Positions 24,331-38,586 of a stretch of 64,000 nucleotides of DNA are shown piece by piece (positions within the stretch are counted from its first letter, which is position 1; each line of letters begins with the position of its first letter). The notes below the pieces were generated by a model that did no database searches, was not told where the DNA came from, and worked only from the letters and a program-made list of their open reading frames with translations. A program made the position numbers and the translations under genes. Source of the DNA: Leptogorgia sarmentosa (lineage: Eukaryota); NCBI GenBank assembly GCA_964658305.1, contig OZ210884.1, forward strand, positions 2,666,001 through 2,730,000, given 5' to 3'.

Positions 24331-25759
24331 TGATTGACATTTCTCATTGAATATTTTGAAATTAGGTGCAGGAATTAAAAGAAACCCTTTATTTTACCCG
24401 GATCATGATTGTGTATATGCCACAAACAAAAAACATCTTAATTATGGACATAAATGATAAGAATTAATGCCGAAAGTTGCATTGAAAATTTTCCTTCCGT
24501 TGCATGGTAGATAATTCATTTTCACAGGCAACTGCGTTAGTTGATATATAATTAATCCTAAGATATTTATCGACGTCAAGGATTTGTGAGTTTAAATAAA
24601 ACATTTTATGCTGACTAACAGCAACCCTCATCAGAAAATTCGTAGCAGATAATTCATTGTCAGAGGCTACTGCGTTAGTTGATATATAATTAATCCTAAT
24701 TTTCTATGTTTTTGTCGATATAGGACATCCACACACATGATTAGATGTTGTATTCAATTCATTCAATAAACGCTTTAGCGTTTGGCCTCAATTGACTGTT
24801 AACAATAATAAAGCATGCTGTTCAAGAAATGGAGCCCATATAATTTGCATAATTATATACTATTACCGGATGTTTTCAATAATTGAAGTGTTTTTAAGTA
24901 TTGTGGAATTTATATTTTCTTTTATGTGAAAAGGCTGCAAGCAACAAAATCTCATCAATTCTCAATTGAAGCAATGAAGAACTGAACAACAAAGTTTTAA
25001 CACCCATTAAGCTCACGCCAATTAAACAATCGCCGAGATTATCTTTCAATTTTTGGAACTTGGGTCTGCCTATAAATTATAAGATATGTGAAGGATTTGA
25101 GAGTTTAAATAAAACATTTTATGCTGACTTACAGCAACCCTCATCCGAAAATTCGTAGCTGGTTTAAAGCCAATCATAAAGTGGAAATTTGGCTTAGAGC
25201 ATCCAACTGGTGTAATTTCCAGAAGGAATTTGAAAATTGGTAAAGTGGCAGGTCACGATTTGGCTTGATATTCGATGCCGTAGGAGGAATTCATATCAAG
25301 TGAAATTAATTGACACCCGTGAGTCTGGCTGAAACAAGTTCAGTTCTTAATAATAAAATGATTATCTTCATTAGAAATTACATAGACGTGTCCTAGTGCT
25401 AATTTCTGGCGATTTCTTCTGAAAACATATTATTGAAGTCTTAGTGTCGCTTAACTACGCTTGTTGTAAACATGGCATTATAATTTTACAATTTGGAACA
25501 GGATTCCACTCAATTCTTCAAAATTCTGAGTTAAAAAATTTCAATTTCAATGATTGCCCAACAGAGTGGATGTGAAACAGTTGGTTCTATTTTCGTTAGT
25601 TCGAGAAGGATATATTAATTGTTTCAACTGGATGATATTTAACAACTATTGAATGAGGTCGAGCAGGATATGAGGAATTATAAAGGCCGAGGTTTGTGTT
25701 ATTTGCCGAAGCCAAAGGCTGAAGCAAATAACTCAAAGTGAGGCTTTAATAAGCATATC

Positions 25760-26854
25760 CATGGCCAAAAATCTCGGTCATTTGAGCCTGCGCGCAAAAA
25801 GCGGTTGCACGGAAAATTCAAATTAATGAATTTAAAAATGTATATAGAGTTGCATAGAAAATAGAACTTAACCGGAAAATAAAGCGAAAACAAATCAGAA
25901 ATTTGAACTTGCCAAAGTGGACAGTTATTGCTGCACATGCATGGAAAGCGCTTGTAAAAATACTTTTTAAAAATCATAAAACCGTACCTTTCCCTTTGAC
26001 ATTTTTCGGTTAGCGATTTCCAAGTGTGTTGAATGCCTGAAGATGTTCCATAATTTGGTGAAATTAGAGTTAAATCCAATGTTACAAGCGAAGTACCCAA
26101 CGAACTATTCGCGAAATAGACTTTGCCAAAGTTGTTTGCCAAAATATAGTTAACGTTCAACTCGAGTTCAAAAATATAAACAATATCCATGAAATCGAAC
26201 CTTTCCCTTTTGCAATTGAATCTGGTTCATATTTCCGCAGTTAATCTGAAAAAATTATCTACAAAACAAATATTTTTTTAAAGACTTTAAACAACAACTT
26301 TGACTGAATATGCAGGAAACATGCAACCTTTTTTGGCGTGATTCATTACGAATTGTTACAATCTGCGTGATAAACTGCGGAAATATGAACCAGATTCAAT
26401 TGCAAAAGGGAAAGGTTCGATTTCATGGATATTGTTTATATTTTTGAACTCGAGTTGAACGTTAACTATATTTTGGCAAACAACTTTGGCAAAGTCTATT
26501 TCGCGAATAGTTCGTTGGGTACTTCGCTTGTAACATTGGATTTAACTCTAATTTCACCAAATTATGGAACATCTTCAGGCATTTAACACACTTGGAAATC
26601 GCTAACCGAAAAATGTCAAAGGGAAAGGTACGGTTTTATGATTTTTAAAAAGTATTTTTACAAGCGCTTTCCATGCATGTGCAGCAATAACTGTCCACTT
26701 TGGCAAGTTCAAATTTCTGATTTGTTTTCTCTTTATTTTCCGGTTACGTTCTATTTTCTATGCAACTCTATATACATTTTTAAATTCATTAATTTGAATT
26801 TTCCGTGCAACCGCTTTTTGCGCGCAGGCTCAAATGACCGAGATTTTGGCCATG
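25760..26854. repeat. Near-perfect long inverted repeat (fold-back): arms approx. 25760-26246 and 26370-26854, spacer approx. 120 bp
   Basis: CATGGCCAAAAATCTCGGTCATTTGAGCC pairs with GGCTCAAATGACCGAGATTTTGGCCATG. The ORF track shows an almost identical peptide on opposite strands (25699-26190 minus, 26638-26964 plus). Confidence 0.92.
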
Positions 26855-29639
26855 TTACAAAAACCGAGAGCGAGAGTGGTCTTCGCATGGAAGCCGGTGC
26901 AGAAAAAGAAACAATTTTTACTGATCATGATTGTGTATGTGCCACAAACAAAGAAAATATCTGAATGCAAACATGAAATTACAATAATGGACGGAAATCT
27001 TAAAAATTAAAGTTGTAGCATATGTTGCACTATTAACATTGACTTGTTTTGCCTTTGAACTGCGAGTGCAAAAATCAATAATTGTTCCATTATTTATTTG
27101 TATTTTTACGGACATAGGGCAAACGATTGCACTTCAAACAATAATCTTTATTCTCAGGAAGCCACTTGTATATTCCCGCGTTTGGCGTAAGCAGCATAAG
27201 GTCATAATGTCATATAGTTTTCAATACATGACCAGTTATAATTACGCCGTATTGTCGAATATGTGTGTTACCAAACGGACATGCATGGACAGCACGAACA
27301 ACAACCGAATGGTAGTATCACCGTGCTTTCAATTGATGCAAACCTTCTGTTACTATAACGTGAAATCACGCAAAGATTTCGGGGATTTTCTTCTCAAAAC
27401 ATGCTAAATTTAATGTACAACCAAAGTTTGAATAATACCTACATTGTAATTAACGGTAATCTTCGGTAAATAAATTCGGCGAAAAAATTGGTTGTTTCTG
27501 CGGAAATATGACAAAGGTCATAAAGGGAGAGCATCGATATGAATCGATATTAATATCTAAATAGCTCAGAAGGCCTCTTGCCTTTGAAACGGTTGATAGT
27601 TTTCGACATGTCGTAGGATGGATAAATTTCAAGTGGATTTCTTTGGCAGCGTAAGACTTACACGTTGTTAAAAAGAACAGAATTTTAAATTTTTGAACAT
27701 TAGCCTAGCTATAGCTACATTGCGTATTTCTATATTATTTCTATTTCATATAATAATTCATTTTACTACGGGTGAACCGTCAAATTTTCCCACAATCCAA
27801 AATATAAGTATATCTATGCATGCACATCGCCTTACTGAGCATTCACAAGACGATTTATTGTTCCTTTTTGAACGAAGATGCATCCGGAAATAATTGATCA
27901 GCTCGCGCCCAACAAAACACGATGTTATCCTCGACCTCGTTAATAGTTGATAAATAATACGAGCTTTATACAAATAAAATGGCACATAGTCCTCTAGCTA
28001 CTGTAACTAATCCGGAGTCATTCCGATCACAACTGGGGCTTTAAATACAAATGAATATTTTGAATTATAGTGTAATATATTGGCTATATATTCCGCATGA
28101 TTTTAATACCAAAACGTGTTTGGCTATTTGCCCATGTGGACAAATGTCCACATTCCAAGTTTTGAATTCATTCCAATAGCGAAGAGCTCTTTGTTTTTGA
28201 ATAATGATGAGTCAATGAGACAAAACATAGCATAATAAAATTAATATGACTGTAATCAAAGCTATGTTCTCCACTATGTAACAGCAGTGCGTTTAAACGT
28301 TAGTTAAGATCTGATTTCAAAAATGGAGAGGACAAACATTTATCTCTCCTCATAGCGCGTGCATTACTATGATTCCGTTCATTTTAATTAATATATGGTT
28401 TTACAAAGCCCCCTTTGTCAATAATATTTTAGCTATATTAGTATAATTACAATAATTACGTTATATTATATAATTATATATATTAGACCAAACCTTAAAC
28501 GTTTGTGTTTTTTTTTTCATAGCCAGCTGCTGTGATTTCTCGTGACGCAAATTTTATAATAACTGTAGGTAGCCTAAAGTTTATAAATTATTTAACTTTT
28601 AAATTTTTGCCAGCGTTTCATAAATGATCAGAATTTACTTTTATCAGTTGTCAAAAAAAAATATGCAATCAAGATAATGGTTGATGAATTAATGGACAGG
28701 GGGAAAAATCTTTATTATCGATAATATGATATGTATAGCTAGCGCAACAACAAACAGCAATTAATTGCTGAACTTTGGCCTATAAATATGACAGAAAGAA
28801 TTATGAAATCGTTATAATTGTTTCAACGATAATACCCTCAATATCATGCAAAAATAACATTCTCCTTCGAAAATGCTTGGGGAAATTTGAGACGGAATAA
28901 TGTCAATAAAAATGCAAAAATCGCTCAAAAACGATGTTGTCTAAACGTCATCGCCATGCATGGGTATATAACTATGATCATCGAGCCATTGCAGAGTCAT
29001 TAAAGGAACTATAAATCTGATCGCGAGAGCCAATGCCAAGCTAAGCACTAATCTCTTTAGCAACTTAAAAAAACAAACAATATTTCTTTGCGGAACTTTG
29101 AGCAACTTCAGAAAAATACTGAAAATTTCTCAAATTCAAAAAATGACGAGGATTTTACAATAATTAAATGTTTTCAAGTTAATTATTAATAGTACCAAAT
29201 AATGACTATGTACTAATAAACGTTGAAGCAATAAACGCAATGTTCCTTTCTCATCAGAAGGACGATATGTGGCTGAAGGAGTTTTTGGCGTGTGATTGAA
29301 CACAATAAGCACTGATCGTTATGATGATTGAGCTATGGCAGGGGCGTACCTGAGAAAATGATCCGATTGTGTGGGTTAGCGCACGCAAACTCTCTGGCAA
29401 TCTAGAAAAGCAAAATTACAGGATGTTTACAATAATTGAAATGTTTTTTCCAAGTAAATTATCACATATTACAAACAATGTCTTTGTATCGGAAAGTGTT
29501 GAAGCAACAAAATCTTTCAGTTTCCAGCTGTTATGAAGAGAACTTTACATGCACAGCTTGATTACCTATTTTGGCCTCGCGTCAATTATTAATTAATAAC
29601 CATCTGTAAGAACCTTTTAGTTCTTTCAATTCCCCACTG

Positions 29640-29751
29640 TATAAAAGCAGCACATCAGAACCACTGCAATACGTTCAACTCAAAAGGGTAAAAGGATCAG
29701 TGAAAGAATCAAAGAAATCGTCAGTGCAAGCAGAAGAAAACGACTGTCCAT
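29640..29751 (+). promoter_or_regulatory. TATA box and putative non-coding first exon of secreted gene A
   Basis: TGTATAAAAGCAGCACATC is followed approx. 110 nt later by the donor CCAT|GTAAGT; both are conserved at the paralogous position 42995-43107. Confidence 0.65.
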
Positions 29752-31348
29752 GTAAGTAGCTAATAAGTGACTGCATAGCACGCACATACCTATCAGCTAT
29801 GTTGAATGTAAAGAAAAACGGATATAACCGTTCTTAAAAATAATTATGGTGAACATAATAATGGACATAATATAACGACTTGTATCTCTATTTTGCGCAA
29901 TTTCCTGTTAGGCCAGGAAATATTTGTTTAAACTTTTTAAATTTCCAACTGTTAAATTAATATAAGCTTTCCATAAAACTATATGTCAGCCGAGAAACGA
30001 CCTTCTAAGAAACTTTAACAAAAATAAACAGGCTAACCCTGCATTTTCATGTGCAAAATTTAAATACACATGATAAAAATTTTACTGTTGGTATCGTTAC
30101 AGTGATTTCTGCCATTTGTCCGAATAAACATTTTTACTTCATCCCACCTACAGTATAGAGTTTATAATCGATTGCAACCTACGAACTGATTGCAAAACTC
30201 CTATCCTCGACGGACTCCCTCATTGTAATCGAAAACTGAAAAAAATAGCCAATCGCATGGCCCTCAAAACGAATTTACGCACCCGAAAGCAATAGAGAGT
30301 TTTAGGTCTACAACGCGGCCAGTTCGACCACGCGGTCTCAAATTTTAGCTCAAAAATGAGCGTTGGGCAATTTTATACTATGATATTAGATATTCGAAGC
30401 TTCTTGGAATAACATTACCCACAGTCATATAGTCCTGCTAAAGCGTTGCAATATTTGTTGTAATGTCGATATTAAGTAATAGCTCACAACTCTTAGATTG
30501 TAAACTGCATTCATGTTGCAAAAGACGTATAATTAACAATTATTGGGTGAGGTTTTTGTGATATGCGAAATTATCAAGATCGATGTAAGCGTTATAAACC
30601 ATGCTGAAAACAGGCTCATTTTGTACCTAATTAGGTAGCTAGATAACTCAGTTATCTGCTAGCAGATAACTGGATTTCCTGTGGGTTGCGTGATTGCGCG
30701 ATTTAACTGTATGCTCTTAGCCAATCAGATTGCTTTTACCATCTACAATGTATAATAATAATCCTTAGTTTGATTATTAGAACGACAAAGCCTCGTAAAA
30801 TACTCGTGAAACCAGAGGTTATTCATATAATTCTTTGTCCTTGTTGGCAAATTTCTTTGTTTCGAAAACGCGTCGTTGAGGCGGCCGCGTCGTAGATCAT
30901 AAACTCTCCAATATATTTTCGCATATGCATAGAATACCTCGTGAAACAAATACAATTTTTGAGCGTTAATATAAATTTCTCAAATTAAATAAAAATTCAA
31001 TTGCTTTAAAATTATTTTCAAAAGAAATTGGCAGCAAACAAATGAATCTAATTTTATACCCAAGACTCGGGCAACAGCTGAAATTTTCAATTGCCAGTCA
31101 TTTTTTAACTTAATTTTACGCATGCACTCAAATGTTTATCTATATAAACCAATTTCATATCTCGTTATAATTATAAGACAGAACAATAACAGTTGAAACA
31201 TACTCGGGGAATTCAAAAACCTAAATTAACCAGGCCAATTATTCACAAATATTATAATGGTAACAAAACGATTGTTGGCCTTAATGCATTTTAACGATAT
31301 AATAATGTTAATAATATCTATAATAATAAATTATTTTTTCCTCATAGA

Positions 31349-34300
31349 ATGACATCTAAACAATCGGTATCTTTGTTGGCATTCATATTTCTTGCTCCAC
31401 ACATCATTTGCAAGGTTGAAGGTAGTTATTCACAAATATATAATCGCATTAAAATTAAATAAATAAGAGCATGCCCACATATGTAGCAAAACGGAGGAGG
31501 AACACAAGAGATGTGGATAAACACAGTACTAACCGATAATCGGTTGAGGATTTTTTAAAGGTGATGTCCACTCCGTTCTGCGCATCGGTTCTGCTCATAA
31601 CAAATCGGGACCCGCAGATATAACATTGCAAAAATTTTGTAATGTTCCGAACTTTTTCTGAATCAAAACTCTGGTTTATATCCATTTATGACCATAGCAA
31701 ACCAAAACAGCGTTAGATATGCTGTTAGTATTATCATATTTTACAAATATAGCTGTTCAAAATGTCAACAAAGCATTTGTTTACATTATGAGTGGAGGGC
31801 ACCTTTAAGTGCAACATTCGTATGTTTAGAAAATGTAATAAAAAAATATGCCGTAACTCCTGGTCCGTAACCTAAATAGAGCTTTCTGATTGGTTCCCAA
31901 TACCGTAGGGCACGGCGTCCGCTGTTAACGGTCTTTAGTGATTCCAGTTAGTACGGTCTAGCGCTTTGAATACCAAAAAAATGAAGTCATGAAGTCCGCT
32001 GATCGTATTCAGCTTGGGTTCGATGAAAGATGTGCCAAAGTTCTACAGGCAGCGTCCTTTATGCTCGAGCCTTGTCGAATTCGATCTCCGAGCTTCGAGA
32101 TCTGAATTCTACTGCTTACAAGCTTTAATTTGATGTGTTAGGCGAATGTTTACACCAAATACTTTCCAAATTGCCATCGTCCGAATTTTGGTAATTATTA
32201 TATCGAATGCGATTCTGGCTATTGCCATTATGTTATCGAATGGGTAACTTTGGATTTAAAAAACTGAACATCGATTTAAACATTATCAATGTAAACAGTC
32301 TTAGAGAATACAGATAATAGATTGAATGGCAACATTGATTCTTAAAATACAGACTTTTAGTACAGTTTGAACAATTTGTGAACCTGACACGTGAATAAGA
32401 AACTTATAATCTAAGTTAGAATCCAAAATTTTGTTGGAAAACTTTAAAAAAGGTGTTGCCTTTTACAACGTTAAATTTTTATAGGTACCAGAAATGGCAC
32501 AAAGACGAGACAGGCTAATATAAACCCTATTAATTTGATAAAATATGTCATTTTCATTTCCAAATTTGAACGAAATAATAGCGCTAGGGAAAAATGTGAA
32601 CCTCAGGCGATTAAATTCAATATATTATCCGTATTCTCAAAGACTGGTTACATTGATAATGTTTAAATCGATTTTCCTTTTTTAAATCCAAAGTTACGCA
32701 TTTGATACATAATGGCAATAGCCAGAATCGCATTCGATATATTACCAAAATTCGGACGATGATAATTTGGAAAGTATTTCGTGTAAACATTCGACTAACA
32801 CATCAAATTAAAGCTTGTAAGAAATAGAATTCAGATCTCGAAGCTCGGAGATCACATTCAACAACGCTCGAGCATGTTTTAAGGCCAAAGGACGCTGCCT
32901 GTAGAGCTTTGACACATCTTTCTTCGAACCCTTGGTTATTTCAAAGCGTTAGACCGTACTAACTTGAATCACTGCTGACAGTTAACAGCGTTCGCCGGGG
33001 TTACGATTTCTGGCCATATGAAAAACTCACGAGATAATAAAAAGCGTAGTTTCGGCAGATAACATTGACCTCGGTCTGAATAATTCTTGAATTCATGCTC
33101 AGCCTCATCCAATAATTGTTTAATATACATGAAAAAATTTTAATAAATTATACTTGTCTCGCTTTGTTCGGCCGCTATTATACGAACCGAAGTTGTTTGC
33201 TTGTCCATCGAGCACTTAGCTGAACGAGGAGAAATCTCTGTCTCGTATTATAAAATGGTTGCCATCATCGACTGCTGTTAATATAACTTTTAAGCTGTCT
33301 GGTTCATATTCATCGCCCTTTCTTCCGCATAAAAACAATCGAGCAAGTTAATATATATTAACTCCTGTTGCGGAGCAACATTTTTTCATCAACGGGCAGC
33401 CATTTTTTCATCTTCGAATAATTTCATATTTTGTTATTGTTCGCCAGAAATGGCTTTATCTGATTGGCCAGCTTTGTAATCTCAGTCACAATACATATTG
33501 AGAAAGAAATAGAAATTTGCGCTGGATTTCTTTTTTTGGCACTGAATTTGCTTTTTAGCACTGTATTTCCTTAAAATTGCTCTCCTTAGAATCGAGAATT
33601 TTTTTTCATTTGACATTTTCATTTTTTTTCATTTTCATTTTTTTCATTTTTCCAATGACATTATATAGCATTCGTCCTTCGGAGTCCTACTCCAAGGCGT
33701 GCATTCGGACCCGTCATAAGGCTTGTATTCAATGAATTAGTCAATTATTCAAAAAAAAAATCACAAGTACATAATTACATTCGTGGATTAATCATGGATT
33801 GTTTACTTATTAGGCAGTCCTACTCCACCACCGGGAAATACGACATCAACAGCGCCTCCACAACCACCTACAACAACTGAAGGTTAGTGAAAGAATAAAA
33901 ATAACACCAAGTGAAAATGCATTCCTTAACGATTTAAGGACTTCCACAATGAAAATCTCTCTATAATAGTGAAGTGAGTTCTAGACTGTTTTACCATAAT
34001 TTAAAAGAAAAGCATCGTCGCTTTTTATTATGTACTTTCAAGCGTGTAGAAAGGTAATTAATATTTATGAGATAAAAATATTAAGAATTAGGTCAAGTCG
34101 ATATCATTGTCATACCTTCCAACCGATTTGACCTCGTAGCTCAGTTGGTAGCATTGCACTAGCAAACCAAAGGTCCAGGGTTCGGTTCCCACCGACGCCA
34201 GGCTAATTTTTCAGCCTGCCCGGTGTAGATATATAATCAGAGTAACATCACAGTAACACAGTGGCTGGGTCAATTGAGGCTGGTGGGGGTTACATCCCTG

Positions 34301-37300
34301 TGTTGGGGAGCTCTAGTCCCAATGTCGGGCAATTAAGTCAGTATGTCGATCGGCGAAAGCTGAGAAATTATAAGGGTAACAGAAATGCACAATCTTGTTA
34401 CGATGTAAATTCTCCCAGAAAGAGGTATATAGAAGACAGAGCTGCCGTTCCACCGAAATATAACCCATTTCTAACGCACTGTTAACGTATCATATTGCTC
34501 TGCGAAGGAGAACGTCTAGTGGACTGTAGACCCCCCTTCCCCACTGCCATGGATAACCAAATCCGGTCCTGATGCCTGTCTCGCAATCGTTACGATCGCT
34601 CCATATTATTCCATTTCGCCGCTCAAGAATTATTTGATGCATCGTTATTGTAGCAAAATATCCCAATGTATATGAGACCTCGAAAATGGCTTTTCCAACG
34701 GTGTAGAGATCTAGAGTATTTTCCACGTCGTTGGCTTAAACTATCTTAAAGTACTTCACCTTCTTATTTCGAAAGTTTTTTTCTTATTTTCGTTGCAAGT
34801 TGACTTTCAACGTTTCAACAGAAACTCTTAAAATGCAACATTTATGAAAACGAAGTGTGCAATGATTCAATGAATTATTCAATTATTCAAAAAATAAATC
34901 ACAAGTATATAATTATATTCGTGGATTAATCGAGGATTGTTTACTTAATAGGCAGTCCTACTACACCACCGGGAAATGCGACATCAACAGCGCCTCCACA
35001 ACCATCTACAACAACTGAAGGTTAGTGATCGAATAAAAATAATACAAGTGAAAACTAAGAAAAGTAGCATCTCCTTAACGATTTAAGGACTTCCACAATG
35101 AAAATTTGTCCAATAGTGAAAAGAGTTCAAGATTTTTTACCATCATTTAAAAAGAAAAAGCATGGTCGCTTTTTATAATGTACTTTCAAGCGTGTAGAAA
35201 GGTAATTTATGAGATAAAAATAAGAATTAGCTCAAGTCGGTACCAATGTCATACATTTCAACCGACTTAAGTTGGTAGAGCATTACACTAGTAAACCAAA
35301 GGTCGAGGGCTCGATTCCCACCGATTCCCTACGTTAAAAAACTGGAATTAATTGGAATAAACTCAATGCACGCATTATAGGTGTTCAATATCCGTTGTCG
35401 CTCGCTTCTCTTACCTAGAAAGTTCATGTTTAATTCACTTGTGTGTTTACCATTCGAGATATTCTTGTTTCGAGTGTTTCCGTTTTGGTAGAGAACCTGA
35501 CTGCCTTACGTATACTTTAAGTACTTCCCCTTCTTACTTCACTACCAGTTTTAATCAATCAATTTCGAAAGTTTTTTTTCTTACTTTCCTTGCCTGTGGA
35601 CAATCAAAGTGTCAACAGAAAATTTCAAATTGCAATATATTTGTAATGAAGTGTATAAAATAATTCAAGAATTTATTCAATTATTCAAAAAATAATCACA
35701 AGTAGATGTCGATTATATTGTTCGTACTTAATAGGCTGTTCTACTCCTCCATCGGAAAATGCTATATCAACAGCGGCACCACAACCGACTACAATAGCTG
35801 AAGGTAAGTCATCGAATAAAAATAACACAAAATGAAACTAGGAAAAAACATTTGAGGTATACAGGTACCGTGTCCTTAATGATTAAAGGACCTCAATACA
35901 GTGAAACTCTAAATAGTGGTTATAAATTCAGATCTTTCTCTGGTATTCTCAATGTGCAATGTTGCAAATGCTAGCATGGTAGAAATAAACTCTATCTATC
36001 ACAATGAGCCTGCGATCTTAAGCTTCGCAGGCAGATCCACATTGGATTGGAGTTCGCGCTGTCCAGTTAACAATATGAAATAGTAAAGGTTTTAGTTCTT
36101 GATCGGAGAGACACATTTGGCGTCTTGCCTACTGGATATGGAAAGTCGTTAATATACCAGCCTCTTTTCTTTGTGTTTAACGTTTACTTGGGTCAAGACA
36201 TATGTCTATAATTTATCATTCACAATTTGAGATATAAAATCTGTTAAAATTAAATGTTTACTTTCCATTCCGGGAAAACAACCAATCAGATTCACTTCTG
36301 ATGAAGATTATCCCAGAGCCTTCGATCCTACCTCCGAAGATCGCAGGATCAGAGTACGAGTTTGCAATAAATCCTTTAGAGAAACATACGTTTCACATAG
36401 CCAATTCATTCAAAATTAGTTACATTATTCATCCGAAATGCTCGAAACTTAAAATCCCATTACGCTATATTATATATGCACAAGCAGTCGATATAGGGCT
36501 ACTATTTTGAAGTTAAAGTTTGCAATATTATAGCTATGTATACCGCGTTTGAAAATACCGTGAGTAGGTTAAATTAGCAAGAGCTAATTCGTCATGGGTT
36601 AAAATTAAATTAGTATGTTGGAATAAAGCAATTTTACTTAGTTTGACAATACAAAGCTTAAGAATTTCCAGTAACCTTTCATAAACGTTGTAATTATATA
36701 CCGAAATATAAGAGAAAACAAACTCCGAAAATGAACATCTTGTAAACTCAAGATATATGAGCTGTTATAAAAACAAGACACAATATTCAAGGTAATATTT
36801 CGACTCTATTTCAAAGTCATTGTCAATAATACCATATATGATATACATCAAATATTACATTGAATATTGTGTCTTGTTTTTATAACAACTCATATCTTGA
36901 GTTTACAAGATGTTCATTTTCGGAGTTTGTTTTCTCTTATATTTCGCAAAATTGTCTGCTGGAAAAGGTTTTTGGACTAATATAAACCGAAATAATGCTA
37001 AAATTGACGACAATACTTTGGTTTTTATATCTTTTTTCATTTTTCAGGGGGAAAGGATGAAGAGTGCACTTGCCATCCCAAAATTGTATGTGGTGATGAT
37101 ATGAAGGTGTCTGTGAAAAGGAAAGAGCAGGAAAACCCGCTAAGGTTCAAGTGGATAAAATGCACTTTGAAAGAGTTGATAGCAGACAACGAATGTAAGC
37201 CTGATGATTGTTCGATTATTGATACAAAAATTATGCCGGTGAAAGTCAAATGTCCTGATAACGAACAACTGGAATTTGGTGATTACCATATCACCATAAA

Positions 37301-37325
37301 ATGTAGCCGGGTAGCGATACCATAG
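31349..37325 (+). CDS. Secreted protein A (185 aa): signal peptide, three Pro/Thr-rich micro-exons, cystine-knot-derived domain. Exons 31349-31421, 33814-33882, 34952-35020, 35735-35803, 37048-37325
   Basis: All junctions are GT-AG, phase 1, and the frame is open. MTSKQSVSLLAFIFLAPHIICKVE / GSPTPPPGNTTSTAPPQPPTTTE (three variants, 69 nt each) / GGKDEECTCHPKIVCGDD..KCTLKELIADNECKPDDCSIIDTKIMPVKVKCPDNEQLEFGDYHITIKCSRVAIP*. Paralog at 44151-50176. Confidence 0.82.
31920..32990. mobile_element. Fold-back element with approx. 370-390-bp imperfect inverted arms (approx. 31920-32312 / 32630-32990) in an intron of gene A
   Basis: AGTTAGTACGGTCTAGCGCTTTGAA pairs with TTCAAAGCGTTAGACCGTACTAACT; GATCTCCGAGCTTCGAGATCTGAATTCT pairs with AGAATTCAGATCTCGAAGCTCGGAGATC. 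Confidence 0.85.
34130..34230 (+). mobile_element. tRNA-derived SINE head; decayed copy at approx. 35262-35325
   Basis: A-box TAGCTCAGTTGG and B-box-like GGTTCGGTTCCC, followed by a non-tRNA body (CAGGCTAATTTTTCAGCCTG); no complete acceptor stem. Confidence 0.6.
36005..36350 (+). mobile_element. Transposon relic containing a RecQ-type helicase motif I fragment
   Basis: From 36071 it reads QYEIVKVLVLDRRDTFGVLPTGYGKSLIYQ (RecQ-family Walker A). It is bracketed by the imperfect inverted repeats CCTGCGATCTT / AAGATCGCAGG. Confidence 0.6.
36702..36946. repeat. Hairpin/MITE with approx. 95-bp inverted arms just upstream of the last exon of gene A
   Basis: CGAAATATAAGAGAAAACAAACTCCGAAAATGAACATCTTGTAAACTCAAG is the exact reverse complement of CTTGAGTTTACAAGATGTTCATTTTCGGAGTTTGTTTTCTCTTATATTTCG. 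Confidence 0.9.
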
Positions 37326-38586
37326 CCTGCATGACTTTAAAATATGTACATGTGTACCATTGTTGAGAGTGATTAACAAAAAAAACGAAGTTGTTTTACC
37401 TGGCATAAGTTTAGAAATAAAGTCATTTGTTGAAAAGAGAAATGTCTTAGAAATTGTCAAAACCACCCTCAATATTCTTTTCTCACTTTCTAAATGTTAA
37501 ATTACAGAATGCAGCATAGATTTATTTCTCGTCCATCTCAAACGTCCCAAATACATCATACTATACCATTGCCATCTCTTTCTCAATGCACATCATTTAG
37601 AATGATCTCGAGCCTCAGTAATGATCTTAGAACTGAGGACCGAAATCCTCGGTTTTCTAGGACCTTGACTTTTAACCCCACTGACCAATCGTGTCGAGAA
37701 TGTTTGCCTCCGTAAACTGTAGTCCTCGACAAGTCACAATACGTTTTCCAGTTTTATTTAATAATATAGAGTTTAAAATAATCACATTGCTCGTTCGCTG
37801 TCTCAGTCTCGCTAAGCCTCACACCTGTGCAAAAGTGTGCTCATTTTCACCAGTCTCCCTTAGTTATACCCATCCCTAAATGTTATATGATACCTCATTA
37901 GCTACGTAATTTAATTAAAGCAAATGTCTTATCTGTTCCGTCAGTTCCCAACAATCGATCGGTTACCTGCCTTGCATTGGTATAGAATTAATTACTGGTA
38001 CAGTACTTTACATTTTTACCAGTTTTTATTTAAAAAGCAAACGTTTGTAAGGGCGAATAGAACCTGGGGTTTGCTCCCTCGACATCGGGTACCTTTATAG
38101 GAGAGAAAAGACCTGACTCCTGCTCGAACTCAACGTGGCAAGTGAACCGCTGGGATTATTGTGTTTTATGTAGAATAGTTTTTTGAACGTAACGCAGGGA
38201 GAAAAAGTGAAATATCGAAAACAAGGATCAATGCAGTTAAAAATAGTAGCTAAAAACTTTTTTTTATACAACGGCAAAATTGAAGAATGTTAGAAAAAAA
38301 GTTGAACTTTACGTAAAGTTAAGTTCATTGCTCACGCTAACATCAAATTTAAAATTTCAGGACAATTTTGGAGAACATTATTAATCCAATTTTATGCGAT
38401 TATTGAATGTGGTCAAGAACTGTAGCATATGTCGCACTATTAAGGCCTTAACTTGTGTTGTCTTTCACCAGCGGGTGCGAAAATTAATAATTCTTCCAAT
38501 ATTTATTTGTATTTTATCAGACATAGGGCAAACCCTTCCACTGTAAACAGCACCTTCCTTTGAGGAAGCCATTTGTATATATTTCC

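Noticed and set aside
25699..26964. 163-aa and 108-aa ORFs with nearly the same sequence on opposite strands
   Set aside because: They are by-products of the long inverted repeat; no domain is recognisable and one arm has a stop in the equivalent frame.
34130..34205. tRNA gene
   Set aside because: A and B boxes are present, but there is no convincing cloverleaf, it continues into a SINE-like body, and a decayed duplicate lies at approx. 35262.
34261..34740. GC-richer insert with short ORFs within an intron of gene A
   Set aside because: No recognisable domain and the ORFs are short; probably a decayed transposon fragment absent from the paralogous intron copy.
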